DNA of 60,439 nt from Campylobacterota bacterium (lineage in GTDB: Bacteria > Campylobacterota > Campylobacteria > Campylobacterales > QNZT01), in NCBI GenBank assembly GCA_022600175.1, contig JAHZKW010000159.1, positions 1 to 60,439 of the forward strand, given 5' to 3'. Position 1 is the stretch's first letter; each line of letters opens with the position of its first letter. The notes under the pieces are model-generated. The model did not search any database and was not told where the DNA came from. It saw only the letters and a program-made list of their open reading frames with translations. Below, piece by piece: positions 56,269 to 60,439 of this stretch. The position numbers and the translations under genes are program-made.

Positions 56269-59200
56269 GATTTTTTATTGTTATCGCATTTTTTGTCTCT
56301 TTACTCTATGCTTCACCCAAAAAAGTCTTGATTATTTCAACACCTATGGGTGCAACATCACAATCAAGCAAGATGCAATATCTTAAAAATGCTGCACAAC
56401 AGATTGATGATCTTAGTGTTGATTATACCTTCTCTAATGCCCTTGGATGGAGTGATATCAATGGTTCTGTACATTTTACCACCACAAGTGTTAATGATGA
56501 GATTATGCAAAAAAAGTTATTTTTTGCATATGATTTGATTTTGTTTGACTCTCTTGCTGGAGCGATGAGTTTAAAGTCGACATTGAATAGTTTTGCAGAT
56601 ACGATAGAAGAGAGTGAGCAAAAGATAATTGTGCCCTTACCTATGGTAGAGGAAGAGGCATATCGTAAAAATATCAGTGAGAAAGATCATAAAGCACTCT
56701 ATGCTTATTGGAGCAATGGTGGTGCTAAAAATCTTGATAACATGATTGACTATATTCATAATCGAATTTTTCTAGAAAATAGTAAGAATATTGAACCTGC
56801 AGTTGAAATTCCTAAGGAGGGGATATACCATCCTCAATATGAGAATATTGTCTTTAAGACAACAAAAGCATATTTTGAATATTTTGGGATTAAAAAAGGT
56901 GAAAAGCCGATTATTGCTTTAGCTTTTCATCGTGGATCATTCTCTTCAAATACAATGGCGCCTATAGATGATGCGATCAAACATTTAGAGGCTAAGGGGG
57001 TAGCGGTATTACCTTATTTTACCAAAGTGGGTGGAGATGACTTTGTTGGAATGCAGTTTTTGCAAGAGAATAATGAAACTATAGTTGATGTGGTGATTAA
57101 TTTTCAGATTATGATTATTGACCATGAGAGCCTTAAGCCTATTTATCAACAGTTAAATGTTCCAATACTTCATGCACTCTATTATCGACATGGTGATGAG
57201 AAGAAGTGGAAAGAGGATACTTCTGGTGTACATTTTTCGATGATTCCTATGACTTATATTATACCTGAAACGTTAGGATATACAGAAGGCTTAGTCGTTG
57301 CTACACAAAATCAAAAAACAAAAGAGATTGAAACAATCCCTTATCAACTTAATGCTTTAGTGCAAAAAGCTTTCAATATGGCAAAGTTAAAACATCTTGA
57401 AAATAGACAAAAAAAAGTTGCTTTGATGTTTTATAACTACCCTCCAGGTATTAACAATTTGGGTGCCTCATTTCTCAATATTCCTGAAAGTTTAACAACG
57501 TTTTTTAAGCATCTTTCAGAGGAGGGGTATAGCACAGAGTCAAAAGACCAAGTATGGTTTGAGGCGATGGCAACAAAGATCTTAAAAGCTTATTATGAGA
57601 GTGGTAAAGAGGAAGAGATGTTAACAGAAGGTGTGGCTGCACTTTTTGCTTATGAAGATTATATAGACTTTTTTGAAACGTTACCACAAGAGATTCAAGA
57701 CGCAATGAATAGAAAGTGGGGTAAACCAGATCAAAGTAAGATGGTTATTGAGAAAAAAGGAGATAAGTTTTTTCTCATTCCTCGTGTGAGGTTGGGAAAT
57801 GTGATTTTGATGCCTCAGCCAAGAAGAGCAGATCGTAAAGATAATAATATAAGTCAAGATGAGAGTGATTCCAATCTTTGGCACAATACTAATATTGCAG
57901 TTAATCACGCCTATCTTGCTGCTTATCTTTATGTGCGAAAACAGTTTGAAGCAGATGCACTTATTCATTTTGGTACACATGGAACACAAGAGTGGATGCC
58001 AGGTAAAGAGAGAGGATTAAGTATCTATGATAATCCTTTTTTAGTGTTGGGTGATTTACCGATATTTTACCCTTATATCACCAATAATGTTGCAGAGTCT
58101 ATTCAAGCAAAACGAAGAGGACGTGCAACACTGATCTCCCATCAAACGCCACCATTTGGTCTTACTGGTACTTATAATGAGTTAGGTGAGATCATGGAAA
58201 ATATTACACAGTATAAGAGTGTAGATGAGGGGATGCTGAAAGCTAATCTTAAAAAGATGATTACCCAGACTGCTATTGCGATCAATGTACATAGAGATTT
58301 AGAGTATACCGAAGCGATGATTGCAGATGATTTTGAGATGTTTATTAGTAAGTTAGAAGATTTTATCTTAGCGACTTCTGCTACAGCACAACCTTTAGGG
58401 ATGCATACCTATGGAACATATCCTAAAGATGAACATCTTATTACTACTGTAATGCAAATGGTTGGAAAAGAGTTTATGCAAAAAGCTGATGGTGAAAGGT
58501 ATTTTTCTAAAGATTATACGGAGTTCAATCAATCCAAAGCATATAGCGTGTTAAGGTCTGCACTTTTTGAAAATAATAGCAGTGTTGTGATTGATCCAGA
58601 GCTTGCTGTTTATGTTGATAAGGCAAAAGCTTATGCTAACTCTTTTAAAAATCAAAAAGAGATTAAAAATTTAGTACGTGCGTTAAATGGTGAATATATT
58701 GAAAGTGGTATTGGTGGAGATCCGATACGAAATCCAAGTTCAGTTCCTACTGGAAATAACATGTATGGATTTGATCCCTCAAAAGTGCCAACGCCTGCGG
58801 CATATAAGACAGGCTCAAAATTGATGAAAGATTTTATCGAAAATTTTTATCAAGAAAACGGTAAATATCCTACAAAACTTACCTTTAATCTCTGGTCTTT
58901 AGAGACAATGCGTCACTATGGTGTGTTAGAGAGTGAGATACTTTATGCGATGGGGGTGAAGCCTATTTGGAATGAGCAGGGGTTACAAGATAGTTATATT
59001 CAGAGTATGGCGTTGCCGATGCTTAAAAACTATCTTCCTGATTTTTTAGCAAAGTGGATTGCGTCTATGGTCACACTGCCTCGTATTGAGATGGTATTAT
59101 CATGGCTTCCTGAGAAGATGGCTGAAAAACCTCAAAAAATGATCAAACATGCAAAAGCGGTCAATAAAGGGGATATTATTGATGTTGAGATTATCCCTTA

Positions 59201-60311
59201 TAGTGAACTCAAACGTCCTTGTGCAGATGTCGTTGTCTCTGCAACGGGTTTGTATCGTGATACCTTTCCTCAAACGATGCAGTTGATTGCTAAAGCAGTT
59301 GATAAAGTAGCATCATTAAAAGAAGATAAAAATCATCTCTATATTAATGCGAACAAAATAAAGCAAAATCTCTTAGATAAAAATATAAGTATCGAAGAGG
59401 CAACAAGACTCTCTACTATACGGGTTTTTTCTAATAAAAGCGGAAAATATGGTAGTGGAGTAAGTAAACTTACCAATACTGAAAAATTTACTGCTGAGAC
59501 TGATAGTGCAATCGCTGAGGATTATCTTGAAGAGAGAGGGTATTACTTTGGTGCTGATGAAAAAAGTTGGAATCAAAAATTACCTCATGTAGATTTGTAT
59601 GCTCAAAACCTTAGTGGTACTGATAGTGTTTTATTTTCAAGGACTTCTAATCTCTATGCGCTTTTAACAAGTGATGATCCTTATGGGTATTTTGGTGCAC
59701 TCTCTTTAGCGATAAGAGATATAGACGGTAAAGCACCGAAAACCTATATCTCTAATCTTCGTGATCCCAATGGTGCAAAAATGCAAAGTACTGCTGAGTT
59801 TATGGCACAGGAACTGAGAAGCCGTTATTTTCATCCCAAATGGATAGAAGAGATGAAATCAGAAGGGTATAGTGGTACCCAAGGTGTACTTGATGTAGTG
59901 AATAATTTCTGGGGTTGGCAAGTGGTTGACCCTAATGTAGTGAGAGATGATCAATGGAAAGAGTTTTTTGAAGTTTATATTCAAGATAAACACAATTTAG
60001 GGTTAAAAGAGTGGTTTGAAAAAGCCAATGCAGATAATTTGGCACAGATGATGGAGCGTATGCTTGAAGCTGTACGTTTGGGATATTGGCAAGCAGATGA
60101 AAAAACAGTCAAAACTTTAAAAGAGCGTTATAAAAAACTTGAAATAACACATAATGTCAAAAGTTATAATGAAAAGTTTAAAGCATTGTTAGAGAGTGAT
60201 CAAGTATCTGGATTTGGGTTAGCAAAACCGATTTCTGCGAAACTAGAGATGGCAAATAGTGCACCCAAACAAAATAAAAAAATAAGCAAGGAGTCTGGTC
60301 GTTGGTTATGA
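56265..60311 (+). CDS. CobN/Mg-chelatase large-subunit family protein with N-terminal signal/anchor (HmuS-like)
   Basis: 1348 aa. CobN hallmark HFGTHGTQEWMPGKE is present. The N-terminus MRFFIVIAFFVSLLYASP looks like a signal peptide. No ChlI/ChlD-type AAA+ partner lies in the window. Confidence 0.9.
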   Translation: MRFFIVIAFFVSLLYASPKKVLIISTPMGATSQSSKMQYLKNAAQQIDDLSVDYTFSNALGWSDINGSVHFTTTSVNDEIMQKKLFFAYDLILFDSLAGAMSLKSTLNSFADTIEESEQKIIVPLPMVEEEAYRKNISEKDHKALYAYWSNGGAKNLDNMIDYIHNRIFLENSKNIEPAVEIPKEGIYHPQYENIVFKTTKAYFEYFGIKKGEKPIIALAFHRGSFSSNTMAPIDDAIKHLEAKGVAVLPYFTKVGGDDFVGMQFLQENNETIVDVVINFQIMIIDHESLKPIYQQLNVPILHALYYRHGDEKKWKEDTSGVHFSMIPMTYIIPETLGYTEGLVVATQNQKTKEIETIPYQLNALVQKAFNMAKLKHLENRQKKVALMFYNYPPGINNLGASFLNIPESLTTFFKHLSEEGYSTESKDQVWFEAMATKILKAYYESGKEEEMLTEGVAALFAYEDYIDFFETLPQEIQDAMNRKWGKPDQSKMVIEKKGDKFFLIPRVRLGNVILMPQPRRADRKDNNISQDESDSNLWHNTNIAVNHAYLAAYLYVRKQFEADALIHFGTHGTQEWMPGKERGLSIYDNPFLVLGDLPIFYPYITNNVAESIQAKRRGRATLISHQTPPFGLTGTYNELGEIMENITQYKSVDEGMLKANLKKMITQTAIAINVHRDLEYTEAMIADDFEMFISKLEDFILATSATAQPLGMHTYGTYPKDEHLITTVMQMVGKEFMQKADGERYFSKDYTEFNQSKAYSVLRSALFENNSSVVIDPELAVYVDKAKAYANSFKNQKEIKNLVRALNGEYIESGIGGDPIRNPSSVPTGNNMYGFDPSKVPTPAAYKTGSKLMKDFIENFYQENGKYPTKLTFNLWSLETMRHYGVLESEILYAMGVKPIWNEQGLQDSYIQSMALPMLKNYLPDFLAKWIASMVTLPRIEMVLSWLPEKMAEKPQKMIKHAKAVNKGDIIDVEIIPYSELKRPCADVVVSATGLYRDTFPQTMQLIAKAVDKVASLKEDKNHLYINANKIKQNLLDKNISIEEATRLSTIRVFSNKSGKYGSGVSKLTNTEKFTAETDSAIAEDYLEERGYYFGADEKSWNQKLPHVDLYAQNLSGTDSVLFSRTSNLYALLTSDDPYGYFGALSLAIRDIDGKAPKTYISNLRDPNGAKMQSTAEFMAQELRSRYFHPKWIEEMKSEGYSGTQGVLDVVNNFWGWQVVDPNVVRDDQWKEFFEVYIQDKHNLGLKEWFEKANADNLAQMMERMLEAVRLGYWQADEKTVKTLKERYKKLEITHNVKSYNEKFKALLESDQVSGFGLAKPISAKLEMANSAPKQNKKISKESGRWL

Positions 60312-60439
60312 TGACCAAGAGGTAGCCGATAACGTTGACTTTTCACTTAAAGCAGGTGAGTTATGTGCCGTGGTCGGTATCAATGGTATTGGTAAATCAA
60401 CCTTATTGCGAACCCTCGCGAAGCTGCAGCCCAAATTAA
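60286..60439 (+). CDS. 5' part of an FepC/HmuV-type ABC transporter ATP-binding protein running off the window; start unresolved
   Basis: The frame reads ...SLVVGYDDQEVADNVDFSLKAGELCAVVGINGIGKSTLLRTLAKLQPKL (Walker A). An in-frame TAA at 60283-60285 leaves no ATG/GTG/TTG start; only a CTG at 60295 is available. Confidence 0.55.

Noticed and set aside
1-60439. CRISPR arrays, rRNA/tRNA genes, IS elements, prophage or defence islands
   Set aside because: I saw no regularly spaced repeats, no tRNA-like GC-rich cloverleaf segments in the intergenic gaps, and no transposase, integrase, restriction or Cas-like ORFs. The small HTH gene at 167-445 alone is insufficient evidence of a mobile element.

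Overview
Visibly AT-rich chromosomal DNA that looks like Campylobacterota. As I recall, the gene order ispDF, atypical orphan response regulator, ATP-sulfurylase-like and pgpA matches C. jejuni Cj1607-Cj1610 and H. pylori HP1020/HP1021. I recognised no rRNA, tRNA, CRISPR array, transposase or integrase. The window falls into three blocks. (1) About 1-24.3 kb is a phosphate-starvation block. It holds Tat-dependent PhoD, an LpxH/PlcP-like metallophosphoesterase, a PhoX/DUF839-like lipoprotein with a di-haem partner, a GT4 glycosyltransferase, PiT, a porin and a single pstSCAB-phoU-phoB-phoR string. Five of its promoters carry 11-bp-phased TGTAAY direct repeats, which I read as Pho boxes. (2) About 24.3-38.3 kb is housekeeping: a second two-component system, pgpA, a sat-like gene, an HP1021-like regulator, ispDF, thiC, mrp/apbC, rpmA, proA, murA and an orphan PAS kinase. 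(3) About 38.3-60.4 kb is the most interesting part, a metal and iron block. It starts with a Fur-fold regulator lacking metal-site motifs, then DUF2325, an unannotated 20-aa Cys peptide and ApbE. This unit converges on a tightly coupled 10-gene minus-strand operon with an upstream porin: imelysin, DUF1111 di-haem, imelysin, membrane fatty-acid hydroxylase, porin, di-haem CCP, FMN-binding protein and three small His-rich membrane proteins. An identical palindromic operator (CTTAAAATGA-N9-TCATTTTAAG) precedes both the regulator and the operon. Next come flavodoxin and a TonB-dependent receptor, a tandem LTXXQ His-tailed protein, an unannotated HemP, ExbB-like, DUF2149-like and a signal-peptide-bearing 1348-aa CobN-like chelatase. 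This resembles the Porphyromonas hmu locus more than a cobalamin pathway. All family calls come from motif recognition by eye. No database search was run.
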